From an uncultured Verrucomicrobiae bacterium (lineage in GTDB: Bacteria > Verrucomicrobiota > Verrucomicrobiia > Chthoniobacterales > Chthoniobacteraceae): DNA of 64,000 nt. The translations under genes were made by a program, and so were the position numbers. Positions 48,415 through 58,896 of this stretch are shown piece after piece. Positions within the stretch are counted from its first letter, which is position 1. The number at the start of each line of letters is the position of its first letter. The stretch lies in contig CAVYKI010000012.1 of assembly GCA_963769025.1 (NCBI GenBank), forward strand, positions 256,001 through 320,000, in the 5' to 3' direction. Under the pieces are notes generated by a model. The model was not told where the DNA came from. It was given only the letters and a program-made list of their open reading frames with translations, and did not search any database.

Positions 48415-49981
48415 TCAGGTCGTGCCGATGGCCGCTTCCATCAGCGTGTGCTCGGTCCACTCGGCGGCGGGGCGCACGGCGGCGAGTCTGCCGCGGCACA
48501 TCACGCCGATGGTGTCGCAGACACCGAGCAGTTCCGGGATGTAGCTGCTCACGAAAAGCACCGCCTTGCCCTGCGCCGCGAGTTCGCCGATCAGCCGGTA
48601 GATCTGCGCCTTGCTGCCGACATCGATGCCGCGCGTCGGCTCGTCGAGCAGCAGGATTTTCGCGTCGTGATGCAGCAGGCGGCCGAGCGCGATCTTCTGC
48701 TGGTTGCCGCCGGAGAGTTCGCCGACGGCCTGCTCCGGATCGCGGGCGCGGACGGACAGCTTGGAAATCCACTCGCGCGTCGCGCTGCGCTCGCGTCCGC
48801 GCAGGAGCCAGCCGGCGCGTGCGATCGGGCGCGTCGCGGTGAGATTTTCCGTGAGCGAACGCCGGAGCATGAGCCCCTCCTCCTTGCGGTTCTCGCTCAG
48901 CAGTCCCACGCCCTGCGCGAGCCGCCGCGGCGGCGATGCGGAGGATTCCTCACGTCCAAAAATCGCGACGCGCTCCGCAGCCATCGCATCGAGCCCGAAG
49001 ATCCGCCGCAGCAGCTCCGTGCGCCCCGAGCCGACGAGCCCGAACAGGCCGAAAATCTCGCCGGCGCGGACGCCAAGGTAGGGCGCGCTCGCCGAGTCGC
49101 GCCCGATCTCCCGCTCTCGTCATGACTTCATTCCGGCTCGCGCTCCCGCTTCAAATGGGGCGCCTCGGCGAGGTCGCCCTACCATGCGCCGCCTCCACGC
49201 GCAGCACCACCTCCCCCATCGCATGCGCGATCCGCGGATACAGCTCGCTCACCTCGCGGCCCACCATGAGCCGGATGATGTCCGCCATCGGCGTCTCCGC
49301 GAGCGCGCCGGTGCCCACGCTCTCGCCGTCGCGCAGCACGGTGAAGCGGTCGCACACGCGCCGGCATTCCTCGAGGAAATGGCTGATGTAAATCACGCTC
49401 ACGCCGCGCGCCTTCAGCCGCGCGATGACGGCGAAGAGCCGCTCCGCGTCCGCCTGCGTGAGGCTGCTCGTCGGCTCGTCGAAAATCATCACGCGCGGCT
49501 CGCCCGCGAGCGCGCGGGCGATTTCCACGAGCTGCTGCTCCGCGATGGAAAGCGAGCGCACCGGCGCATCCGGCGGCAGGTCGCCGTGGCCGAGTTCCGC
49601 GAGCGCGCGCCGCGCCGTGTCGCGCATCGCGCCGCGCCGCAGCCAGCCGAGGCTTCCGAGATACGAAGGCTCCGCGCCGAGCACGATGTTCTCGGCCACG
49701 CTCAAATCCGGCGCGAGGTTCAGCTCCTGGTAAATCATCGCCACGCCCGCGCGCCGCGCCTCGTGCGGATTGCGCGGCGCAAACGGCGCGCCGTCCAGCA
49801 TGATGCGCCCCGCGTCCGCCTCGTGCGCGCCGCTGAGGATTTTCATCAGCGTGCTCTTCCCCGCGCCATTCTCGCCGATGAGCGCATGCACCTCGCCCTC
49901 GCCGACGCCCAGCGAAACGCCCCGCAGCGCGGCAGTCGCACCGAAGGATTTCTGAACTCCGTCGAGCGTCAGTCGCATCAC
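48415..49981 (-). pseudogene. Monosaccharide ABC ATPase (RbsA-like) split by a palindromic insertion at 49077-49183
   Basis: N-half GENGAGKST, FDEPT, YISH; C-half GEIFGLFGLVGSGRTE, LSGGNQQK, DEPTRGIDVG in another frame; stops in all three frames within the insert. Confidence 0.8.
49077..49183. repeat. GTAG-type REP-like inverted pair inside the ATPase gene
   Basis: GGTAGGGCGCGCTCGCCGAGTCGCGCCC ... GGGGCGCCTCGGCGAGGTCGCCCTACC. Confidence 0.8.
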
Positions 49982-50035
49982 TTCAAAAAGGCAAATTCCT
50001 CTGCTTCCGGGTCAGGTGATTTTGTCTCGGCGCGG

Positions 50036-50380
50036 TCAGCCTCGTGCGGATTGAAGAAAGGTGCCGAGCCGCTGGAGCAAACGCGCGTGGCGCTCGGATG
50101 AGATGGAGCCGAGAACACCGAGCAAGCGGTCGGCAGGAAGAACGACGAGATAGCCGAGACGGATGAGCGAAAGAGCCTTGAGTCCGCTGCCACGAAAATC
50201 GGGGTGCGATGGTCCGATGGTTTCGTCGAAGCCGACGGCCTCCTGTTGGAGTTGGGTGCTGACGCCGCAAACGAGCCAGTCGCCGAATGGAGGCATCTGG
50301 CGAAGCAGAACCGCCGGTCTCGGTTTCGTGCGTCCGTCTGCCTGCGGGAGTGCCGTGAGCGCGACATCCCCCTCGGTCAT
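50036..50380 (-). CDS. PemK/MazF family toxin
   Basis: GDVAL..LPQADG..KPRPAVLL, VCGVST, SGLK..S.IR, LG.IS. Confidence 0.85.
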   Translation of the reverse strand: MTEGDVALTALPQADGRTKPRPAVLLRQMPPFGDWLVCGVSTQLQQEAVGFDETIGPSHPDFRGSGLKALSLIRLGYLVVLPADRLLGVLGSISSERHARLLQRLGTFLQSARG

Positions 50381-50601
50381 GGCCGGAGATCGTCCAGCGT
50401 GTATTCTGGTTCGTCGTCACCGTAGGCCCGGGCGAGGCTCTGGGCGCTGAGGGCTGCCCACTCCGCGCGCTCGGCGTCATGCTCGGGCGTGGCCGGGGAA
50501 AGCACAGTCACCGCCAGAGGAGCGTTCGGCGCAAGCTCGAACGGCTCGTCGAGCACGATGTGCTCACCGTCGTAGTGGGCTTTGAGAATCACGGATGGCA
50601 T
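50377..50601 (-). CDS. Putative antitoxin
   Basis: 74 aa acidic; LKAHYDG..I.LDEP..L beta N-terminus, W..LS...L..AY..DEPEY tail; ATGA overlap with toxin. Confidence 0.75.
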   Translation of the reverse strand: MPSVILKAHYDGEHIVLDEPFELAPNAPLAVTVLSPATPEHDAERAEWAALSAQSLARAYGDDEPEYTLDDLRP

Positions 50602-50813
50602 GGCGAAGAAATACGCCGGCGTGTGGTTTTGAGCAAGAGCGCGAAACTTCGTTGATTCTTAGCGGGGCTGCCGCGATGATTATTCCACAGTCCGGGGGCT
50701 AATTCCTCTCCCAACGCGCAAGCGGTGGTGATGAACCCCCGGTCTTTTTTTTGTACTTTTCACTCTGAGGATGGCTCATCGCGTGATGGGCGCGATCCGT
50801 AGGTTCAGCTCAA

Positions 50814-51350
50814 TCATCTTGTCCTTTTCGGCCAAGAAACATCCTTGAGTGGAACCCCCTCGCTTTTCAACCGCTCGTGCATCACACGCAGCTTTTCCCG
50901 GTTCTCAGGCGTGTCCCCTTCTCGCTGAAATACGTCGCTGAGAATTGCGCCGTGCAACTCGTAATATTCATGCATCTCACGACAGAACGCCGCATCCGCC
51001 CCAGTGAGTCGGGTGTAATTCTTCAAGCGCTCCTTCGAGCCATTAGCGCCAGTGCGTTCGTAGTTCGCCGCAGGGCGAAAGTAGTCAGCGTGTTCCTGCC
51101 CTTTTGTGAGACCCAGATCACCCATGATGTGCAAGGGTGCGCCATCTTTTCCGATTAGGATTTGGCCGTCTTTGGTAAGTGTGTCCATCCTGCCGTAAAC
51201 CCACACCCAAGCACCGTTGTGCATGGCCTCATATTGTTCCTTCTTTGTGGCTAGTGACGGCATTTGCTGGGTGGCGGCACGCTTGCACGATGGGAAAAAT
51301 ATTCCGGCAAGCACGCAGAGTAGAAGCATACGGAGTTTCATGGTTGGCAT
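50814..51350 (-). CDS. Hypothetical lipoprotein (lower-GC segment)
   Basis: MKLRMLLLCVLAGIFFPSC lipobox-like; visibly AT-richer than flanks. Confidence 0.65.
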   Translation of the reverse strand: MPTMKLRMLLLCVLAGIFFPSCKRAATQQMPSLATKKEQYEAMHNGAWVWVYGRMDTLTKDGQILIGKDGAPLHIMGDLGLTKGQEHADYFRPAANYERTGANGSKERLKNYTRLTGADAAFCREMHEYYELHGAILSDVFQREGDTPENREKLRVMHERLKSEGVPLKDVSWPKRTR

Positions 51351-51387
51351 TTAGCGGTTTCCTACTTTCGCTGATCCAGCGCGACGT

Positions 51388-52363
51388 TCATTTCAAATAC
51401 TTCTCCAGCGGCGGGCGGAGGAGTTCGGCGTTCGCGGGGTCGGCGATGTTTTCCTTCGTCACGACGACCACGCCGGTGTCGATGCGTTTCTCGACGGGCT
51501 TGCCTTGCAGGTGCGCGACGAGCGCCTTGAGCGCGTCGCCGCCGATGCGCATCGGGTTTTGCAGCACGAGGCCCTGCACGTCGCCCTTTTCGAGATCGGC
51601 GACGCTCTGCGTGCCCGCGTCGAAGCCGATGATTTTCACCTGCCCGCCGGCGCGTCCGATTTCGCGGATGGCCTTCGTCACCGCGGTCGTCACCGGCTCG
51701 CACGGGCAGAAGATGCCGTCCACTTCCTTGCCGAAACGGTTCAGGATGTTTTGCGCCTTCGCGTAGGCGCTCTCGCGCGTGGAGCCGGAGTATTGGTCGC
51801 TGGAGATGATCTGGATGCCGGGGGATTTTTTCATCGCGTCGAGGAATCCGGCCTCGCGCTCCTCGGTGCTGTTCGAGCCGACCATGTAGCGCAGGAGGAT
51901 GACTTTGCCCTTTCCGCCGAGCTGCTTCGCGAGCGCCTCGCCGCCGAGCTGGCCGCCCTTGAAATTGTCCGTGGCGACGTAGCTCACGATCTGCTCGGTC
52001 TTCACGCCGCTGTCGAAGACGACGACGGGCACCTTCGCCTTCACGGCGGAATTCACGGGCCGCACGAGCGCCTGCGAATCGAGCGGCGCGAGGCAGATGC
52101 CGCTGACCTTGCGCGCGGTGAAATTTTCCACGAGCGCGATCTGCTGGTCGCGGTCGTCCTCCTTGAGCGGGCCCTTCCACACGAGGTCCACGGTGATGCC
52201 CTCGGCCTTCAGCTCCTCGACCGCGCGCAGCCCGCCGGCGTGGACGCTTTTCCAGAACTCATGCGTGGTGCCCTTGGGGATCATCGCGATGGTGTATTTT
52301 TCCGCGGCGAAAGTGACGGCGGCGAGAGACAGGAGGGCGGCGAGAGTCGGGGAGGAACTTCAT
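51388..52363 (-). CDS. Sugar ABC transporter substrate-binding protein (RbsB-like); apparent +1 frameshift at about 52350
   Basis: IPKGTTHEFW, APLD, VATDN..GG, RE.GF, GFD, QNP..IG, IDTG; removing one base of GGGG 52349-52 restores signal peptide MKFLPTLAALLSLAAVTFAAEKYTIAMIPK. Confidence 0.88.
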
Positions 52364-52510
52364 GCGCGCGGTTGTATTCGGGCCACCCGCATGCGGCAAG
52401 CCGGTGGAACGCATGTTTCACCGCACACATTTTCCGATTGTTGCGCCTCTGGAAAAAGAGCTTGCCGTGGAAGCCGCGCCCCGTAATTTCCGCACCCCGC
52501 AAACGGACAA

Positions 52511-52585
52511 TCCGGAGTAGCTCAATGGTAGAGCACGCGACTGTTAATCGTGTGGTTGTAGGTTCGAGTCCTACCTCCGGAGCCA
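52511..52585 (+). tRNA. tRNA-Asn (GTT)
   Basis: TCCGGAG/CTCCGGA acceptor stem, AGCTCAATGGTAGAGC D arm, CTGTTAA anticodon loop, GGTTCGAGTCC T arm, encoded CCA. Confidence 0.97.
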
Positions 52586-52625
52586 TGCGGTTCACCTCAG
52601 GCAGAGAGCCACCGAGGGATTGGGC

Positions 52626-54266
52626 TCAGTCGTTGGGAACAGTCACGGTGACGACGTTGGAAACGCCGGTTCCCTGCGGCCCCTGCGGCGTCGGTTTCAG
52701 GGCGTAAACGCGGTAGCGCCAGGCGGTGCCTGCGCCGGGTTTCGTGTCGGTGGCGCGCACAATATTTTCCCCGGGCAGACCGATGAGATTTTGGAATTCG
52801 GTGCCCGGTTCGGCGGGAGCCCGCTGGACGATGAAGAACCGCTCACCGACCGCATTGTCCACCCACTGCAGCTCGACGCCGGCCGCGCTCGCGCGGACAA
52901 CCCGCAAGTCGCTGGGGGCATCAGGCGAATCGGCACCGGGGACCGGAGCGCCGCCACCGTTGCCCGCCGGCTGTTTCGGCGTCGGGCGCTCGCCCGGCTG
53001 TTCGAGTTGGGCGCGGGCCAGGTCGTAGCGTTTCCGGATGAAGCTTTCCATCGACGCGATGACATCCCGGTAACTGGTATCGCTGGGAACGGTGACGCGT
53101 CCTTTTGGAAACGGATCCTTTTGGAGATCGCCCTCGATCGGTGCGTAGAGCGCGTGGAGTTTGGGGATCAGGATTTCCGGCCGGAAATATTTTTCGAGGA
53201 TGACGCCGGCATCGCGGCGATAGCGGGCGAGCAGCTCCGGCTGGGTAACGATGTGTTCGAGAAGCGGACGGCCGGAAACGGGCGTCGGCCACGCAGCATG
53301 CCAGCCATCCAGCACGGGTATCCGTCCGAATGCCTGATCCGCAAATCCCACATCCAAGTCCCATGGGAGGTAGGTCCAGCGCTGATCGGCGGGATTGCGG
53401 TAGAGATAGTAGTTGTGCGGGCCCCAGCCGGTAAGCTGGTCAAAAGCGCCCGAGAGCAGCAGCACCGCGGTCGTTTTGATGAAGGCGTCCAGATCGAGCA
53501 CGCGCTCGAGCTCGACCGCGGTGCCGGGCGGCTCGGGATTGAGCGTGCGAATGAACTCCGCCAACTGAGCGAACGCATCCGCGCCGGCTTTCGTCTCCAG
53601 CTCGAAAGTTTTCTCGTAGTCCTTTGGATCACCCGCCGGCCGCAAGTCGGCACCCGGCCCGCCTTCGTGGACCTTGAACAACGGGCCGGTCGCTGCGCCG
53701 AAATTCTGCTCGAGGAAAGTTTCATCCAGCCGCTCCACGTTCACATGCACGCCGAGGTATTCGCCGTTGAGATAGACCTTCGCGTGGTTGCAGCGCGAAG
53801 CGTTGACGCCGAGGTCGCGCAGAATGTCGGTGATCAGGCGTTCGCTGAAGAGGCTCCCGAACTGGATTCCATTGTCGAGGGCGACGCGTCGCAAACCGAG
53901 GAAGCGCTGCGCTTTCGTGAACTCGCCGAATTTGATCAGGAAGCTGCGTTTGTGCGGCGACTGCGGCTGGGACGAGCTGTTGCCCTTGTAACGAATTCCC
54001 ACGTTCGAGATGACCCGATCATTCCAGCGAAACGTGCCCGGGACGTAAATGCGCTCCGGCAGGGCGTCCTTGAGCTTGCGCAGATTCTCCGGCGCGATCT
54101 CGAGGTGAATCGTCTGCACCGTTTCCGGCGCGTAGAACTCGGCCTGCTTTGGTTGGCCGGCTTCGGCGCGGCACGCCGGACCGGCGAGCAGAAAGGTCAG
54201 GACGGCCAGGCCTTTGCTGGCGGAGGAGAGGAAAGCGAACGGGGTTTTCACTGGAGCGCGTTCCAA
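52626..54266 (-). CDS. CotH kinase-family protein with C-terminal FN3-like domain
   Basis: VGIRYKGNSS, K.SF.IKF, VYLNGEYLG...NVE, HNYYLY, LPWDLD..F; APSDL...L.W.DN..GE..F. Confidence 0.85.
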   Translation of the reverse strand: MERAPVKTPFAFLSSASKGLAVLTFLLAGPACRAEAGQPKQAEFYAPETVQTIHLEIAPENLRKLKDALPERIYVPGTFRWNDRVISNVGIRYKGNSSSQPQSPHKRSFLIKFGEFTKAQRFLGLRRVALDNGIQFGSLFSERLITDILRDLGVNASRCNHAKVYLNGEYLGVHVNVERLDETFLEQNFGAATGPLFKVHEGGPGADLRPAGDPKDYEKTFELETKAGADAFAQLAEFIRTLNPEPPGTAVELERVLDLDAFIKTTAVLLLSGAFDQLTGWGPHNYYLYRNPADQRWTYLPWDLDVGFADQAFGRIPVLDGWHAAWPTPVSGRPLLEHIVTQPELLARYRRDAGVILEKYFRPEILIPKLHALYAPIEGDLQKDPFPKGRVTVPSDTSYRDVIASMESFIRKRYDLARAQLEQPGERPTPKQPAGNGGGAPVPGADSPDAPSDLRVVRASAAGVELQWVDNAVGERFFIVQRAPAEPGTEFQNLIGLPGENIVRATDTKPGAGTAWRYRVYALKPTPQGPQGTGVSNVVTVTVPND

Positions 54267-54457
54267 CCCCGTTGGCCGGCGTTCGTTGCCGCATTTAAAG
54301 TTCTGCAGCGAATCGCATCGCCGTTCCGCTTTGGAAATCGTTTGCCGCAGATATGGCGAATAGCATCTACGGCAGGGTTCATCCGTTCGACAGGGAGCAG
54401 CCGGTCCGGCTGAAAATCGCGGTTTGCCTTGCCGCCGGAGCGGGGCATTTTGCGGCC

Positions 54458-54904
54458 ATGAATACGCTCCTCCCGGTCATCGCGGCTCTCGCCATTGCCG
54501 CAAACCTGCCGCTCGCGGCGCAGGTGATCCCGACGACGCCGAAGAAATTCGATACGCGCGGACTTGGAGACGCACAGGGGACGAATTCGGTGGGATTCAC
54601 GAAGGCGCCCCCGCAGATCGCTGTGAAGACGACCACGCGCATCGTGCTCGGGGAACCGCGGCAGTGGAAGATGAGCGACGGGAAGTTTTTCGTGGGAAAG
54701 CTGATCGCGTTTGAGGACATCGTGACCGACGGAAATGCCGGGACAGCGGCTCCGGTCGTGCCGAAGCATCCGACCGTGGTGCGCGACGGAAAAGCGCGCG
54801 TCCTCGTGAACTCGAAGCCCTACGAGATCGCGCTGGATCGGCTCGGCCCCGAAGAACGGAAATTCATCGAGGACACGCGGGCGGCGATTGCGGCGAAGAA
54901 GTAG
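54458..54904 (+). CDS. Hypothetical exported protein
   Basis: Signal peptide; R.W...DGK.F.GKL and I.LDRL..E.R.FI resemble SHD1-like domains. Confidence 0.7.
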   Translation: MNTLLPVIAALAIAANLPLAAQVIPTTPKKFDTRGLGDAQGTNSVGFTKAPPQIAVKTTTRIVLGEPRQWKMSDGKFFVGKLIAFEDIVTDGNAGTAAPVVPKHPTVVRDGKARVLVNSKPYEIALDRLGPEERKFIEDTRAAIAAKK

Positions 54905-54955
54905 GTTGGCGTCGCGCCGCGGGAACCGCTAGCAGGGCGGGCGTCCATTTTCCCC

Positions 54956-56296
54956 ATGAGCAACGACCGCCTCCCGCCGCAGACAAAATACATCGTCGGA
55001 AACGAGGCGTGCGAGCGGCTGAGCTACTACGGGGTCGTCGCGATCCTCACCACCTACGCCGCGATGCTGTTTGGCGACGTGGCCGGCGCGACCGACCTCG
55101 CAAAGGACGCCGCCAGGCAGGAGGCGAAGGAGGTCGTGCATTGGTGGAAATTCGCCACGTATTTCCTGCCGCTGGCCGGCGCATTCATCGCGGATCGTTT
55201 CTGGGGCCGCTACAAGACGATCCTCCTCATCTCTTTCGCCTACTGCGCGGGTCACGGGCTGATGTCGGCGACGGAGGGGACAAAGTGGGGTCTTTTCGCG
55301 GGGCTTGCGCTGCTCGCGATTGGCTCGGGCGGCATCAAGCCGTGCGTGTCGGCGTTTGTGGGCGATCAGTTCAAGCCCGGGCAGGAGCGCCAGATGACGA
55401 CGGTTTATGGGCTCTTCTATTGGAGCATCAACTTCGGGAGCTTCTTCTCGTTCGCCGTGATTCCCGTGCTGAAGGATCATTTCGGCTACGCCGTGGCGTT
55501 CGCGGTTCCAGGCGCATTCATGCTGCTCGCCACGCTCGTTTTCTGGATGGGCCGGAAGCACTACGTGATGAAGCCGCCCTCGGCCACGCTCGCGCCGGTG
55601 GACGCAGCGACGAAGACGGAGGATCGGAAGACGCTCTGGAGCATCATAGCGATCTTTGCGCCGGTGACGGTGTTCTGGGCGTTGTTTGATCAGCAGCACA
55701 CGACGTGGGTGCAGCAGGGCAATCAGATGGTGACGGGGACGATCGGCAGCTACAACGTCACGGGCGAGCGGATGCAATCGGTGAACCCGCTCTACGTGAT
55801 GACGCTCATCCCGATCTTCACGCTGTGGCTGTATCCCGCGCTGGAGCGCTGGGGATTGAAACCGACGCCGTTGCGCCGGATGGGCGCGGGAATGGTGCTC
55901 GCGGCGGCCGGGTTTGCGATTTCCGCGATCCTCCAGCAACAGATCGAGGCCGGAGCGAAGCTCAGCATTTGGTGGCAACTCCTCCCCTACGGCGTGATGA
56001 CGGCGGCGGAGGTGCTCATCTCGACGACAGGCCTGGAGTTCGCGTTCACGGTCGCGCCGGCGCGGCTCAAGAGCACGATCATGAGTTTCTGGCTGCTGAC
56101 GGTGGCGTTCGGAAACATGCTGGCGGCGCAAGTCACCGCGCTGAACAAGGTGACGAATGCCGCGGGCGAAACGGTGCGGCGCTTGTCCGCTTCGGAGGAG
56201 ATGTTTGCCTACGTCGGCCTGATGCTCGTGGTCGCGGGCATCTTTGCAGCCATCGCGCGAAAATTTCCTGAGCGCACAGCGGAGGCGCAAAGATGA
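54956..56296 (+). CDS. POT/PTR family proton-dependent oligopeptide transporter
   Basis: NEACERLSYYG (ExxERxxYY), GSGGIKPCVSAFVGDQF, FYWSIN.GS, GLEFA...AP..LKS. Confidence 0.93.
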   Translation: MSNDRLPPQTKYIVGNEACERLSYYGVVAILTTYAAMLFGDVAGATDLAKDAARQEAKEVVHWWKFATYFLPLAGAFIADRFWGRYKTILLISFAYCAGHGLMSATEGTKWGLFAGLALLAIGSGGIKPCVSAFVGDQFKPGQERQMTTVYGLFYWSINFGSFFSFAVIPVLKDHFGYAVAFAVPGAFMLLATLVFWMGRKHYVMKPPSATLAPVDAATKTEDRKTLWSIIAIFAPVTVFWALFDQQHTTWVQQGNQMVTGTIGSYNVTGERMQSVNPLYVMTLIPIFTLWLYPALERWGLKPTPLRRMGAGMVLAAAGFAISAILQQQIEAGAKLSIWWQLLPYGVMTAAEVLISTTGLEFAFTVAPARLKSTIMSFWLLTVAFGNMLAAQVTALNKVTNAAGETVRRLSASEEMFAYVGLMLVVAGIFAAIARKFPERTAEAQR

Positions 56297-56324
56297 ACGC
56301 GCTGCGCATTCAGGCGCGAGCCCT

Positions 56325-56432
56325 TGGACTGCGGCGGCTTGCCGCCGCTTTGGGTGGCGAGCCTTGGCGAGCGCGGCCGGTCTTTCTCGGCAAGCCTCGG
56401 GATCAAAAGCGGCGGCAAGCCGCCGCAGTCCA
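56325..56432. repeat. REP-like perfect inverted pair
   Basis: TGGACTGCGGCGGCTTGCCGCCGCTTT (56325-51) and exact reverse complement AAAGCGGCGGCAAGCCGCCGCAGTCCA (56406-32). Confidence 0.85.
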
Positions 56433-56468
56433 GGACGCATGCACGCCTCGCTCTCACTTCCGACTCCC

Positions 56469-58614
56469 ATGAAATTTCTCCTTCTCATCGCCATGCTGAA
56501 TATCGCCGCAACCGCCGCCGACTGGCCGCGAATCATGTATCCGCCCACCCGCAAGGAGGACGTCACGGACGAATATCACGGCACGAAGATTACCGACCCG
56601 TACCGCTGGCTGGAGGATGACAATTCAGCCGAGACCAAGGCGTGGGTGACGGAGCAGAACCGGCTCACGTCCGCGTTCCTCGGGACCATCGCACGGCGCC
56701 CACAGATCCGCGCGCGGCTCGCGAAGCTCTGGAACTTCGAGCGCTACGGCGAGCCTTTCGAACGCGGCGGGCGCTACTTTTGGACTTACAACTCCGGCCT
56801 GCAAAACCAGCGGGTGCTCTATACCGCCGACAAGCTCGATGCGCCGCCGCGCGTGCTGCTCGACCCGAACACGCTCTCCGCCGACGGCACCGTGTCGCTG
56901 AAGGACACCGCGCCGAGCGAGGACGGCAAGCTGCTCGCGTACGGCCTCAGCCGCGCGGGCAGCGACTGGGAGGAATTCCGCGTGCGCGACACGGTGACCG
57001 GCAAGGATCGCGAGGACCTCATCCAGTGGGTGAAGTTCAGCGGCGCATCGTGGATGAAGGACGGCAGCGGGTTTTTCTACTCGCGCTTCGACGAGCCGAA
57101 GACGGGCGACGAACTGAAGGGCAAGGTGGAATTCCAGAAGCTCTACTTTCATAAACTCGGCACGCCGCAGAGCGCCGACACGCTCATCTACGAGCGAAAG
57201 GACCATGGCGATTGGGGCTTTCACGGCAGCGTCACCGACGACGGGCGCTGGCTCGTCATCCACGTGACTCAGGGCACGGACACGAAGAACCGTGTCTTCT
57301 ACAAGGACCTCACGCAGCCGGATGCGAAGGTCGTCGAGCTGCTGAACGACTTCGATGCGGACTACAGCTTCGTCGACAACGTGGGTCCCGTGTTCCTTTT
57401 CCAGACGGACCTCGACGCACCGCGTTACCGCGTAATCGCCGTGGACACGCGCACACCGCAGCGCGCGAACTGGCGCGAGCTGATCCCGCAGGCCGCCGAA
57501 AAACTCGACGGCGTCGGCAGTGTCGGCGGCAAACTTTTTTGCAAATATCTCAAGGACGCGCGAAGCGAGGTCCGCGTGTTCGCGCCAAAGGAGGATCGTG
57601 CCTCGCCACCCTCCGTCCTCAACGTCCAGCTGGAGCGCGCCCTCGTGCTTCCCGGCATCGGCACGGTGGGCGGTTTCGGCGGGCGGGCGGGCGACACGCA
57701 CACGTTCTTCAGCTTCGCGAGCTTCACCGAGCCTGGCGCGATTTACCGGCTCGAAGTGGCGACGCTAGAATACGCCGTGTGGAAAAAGCCGAAGGTGGAT
57801 TTCAAAAGCGCCGACTACGAGACGAAGCAGGTCTTCCTTCAGAGCAAGGACGGGACGCGCGTGCCGATGTTCATCACGCACAAGCGCGGTCTTGTGCTCG
57901 ACGGCAACGCGCCGGTGATCCTCTACGGCTACGGCGGGTTCAACATCTCGCTCACGCCCGCATTTTCCGTCTCGCGCGCCGTGTGGCTGGAAATGGGCGG
58001 CGTCTTCGCGGTGGCGAATCTCCGCGGCGGCGGCGAGTACGGAGCCGAGTGGCACAAGGCCGGCACGAAGCTGAAAAAGCAAAACGTCTTCGACGACTTC
58101 ATCGCCGCGGCCGAGTGGCTCATCTCGAACAAATATACGCGCGCCGGAAAAGCTCGCGATCCAGGGCGGCAGCAACGGCGGCCTGCTCGTCGGAGCGGCG
58201 ATGACGCAGCGCCCGGAACTTTTCGGGGCGGTCATTCCGGCCGTCGGCGTGATGGACATGCTGCGCTTCCACAAGTTCACCATCGGCTGGGCGTGGAAGA
58301 GCGACTACGGCAGCGCCGAAACCCAGGAAGATTTCAAGGCGCTGCTCGCCTACTCGCCGTACCACAACCTCAAGCCCGGCACGCGCTACCCCGCGACGCT
58401 CGTGATGACCGCCGACCACGACGACCGCGTCGTCCCCGCGCACAGCTTCAAGTTCGCCGCGCGCCTGCAGGAGTGCCAGGCCATCGGTGGTCCGCCTGTG
58501 ATGATCCGCATCGAGACGAGCGCGGGCCACGGCGCAGGAACCGCGCTCACCAAGGTGATGGACGAGACCGCCGACGCGTGGGCCTTCCTCACGAAGGTCC
58601 TCGCGATGCCGTAG
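56469..58614 (+). CDS. Prolyl oligopeptidase (S9A); apparent +1 frameshift at about 58150
   Basis: [31 protein letters not shown]; after removing one A of AAAA 58148-51: [29 protein letters not shown]. Confidence 0.92.
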
Positions 58615-58648
58615 CAGACGGCGGCAGGATGGCGGCCAGCGCCTCGAG

Positions 58649-58843
58649 TCATTTCCACGTCTCGTTGCCGACATACCCGATCTGCACGTAGAAAAACGGC
58701 GGCTCGGTGTTTTGCCGCTCGTAGATTTCCTTCACGTGCTCGCCTACGATGACCTCGTAGAAGTCCGGCGCAGCCGTCGCCTCGATGACCTCTCCATCGC
58801 GGCTGCCACCGATGAACTCAATGGGGAATGTGGTGTCGTACAT
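58649..58843 (-). CDS. Hypothetical small acidic protein
   Basis: 64 aa, FIGG..DG motif, coding-like. Confidence 0.55.
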   Translation of the reverse strand: MYDTTFPIEFIGGSRDGEVIEATAAPDFYEVIVGEHVKEIYERQNTEPPFFYVQIGYVGNETWK

Positions 58844-58896
58844 GGCGTAAGATTGGACGGATGCGGCACGAAATCGTTCAACCTGTTTGCCCAGTT

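Noticed and set aside
52511..54300. Integrative element at tRNA-Asn
   Set aside because: No integrase and no duplicate of the tRNA 3' end noticed in the window
26700..58160. Programmed frameshifting or true pseudogenes at the three +1 sites
   Set aside because: No slippery heptamers or shared stimulators; unrelated genes; sequencing error is simpler
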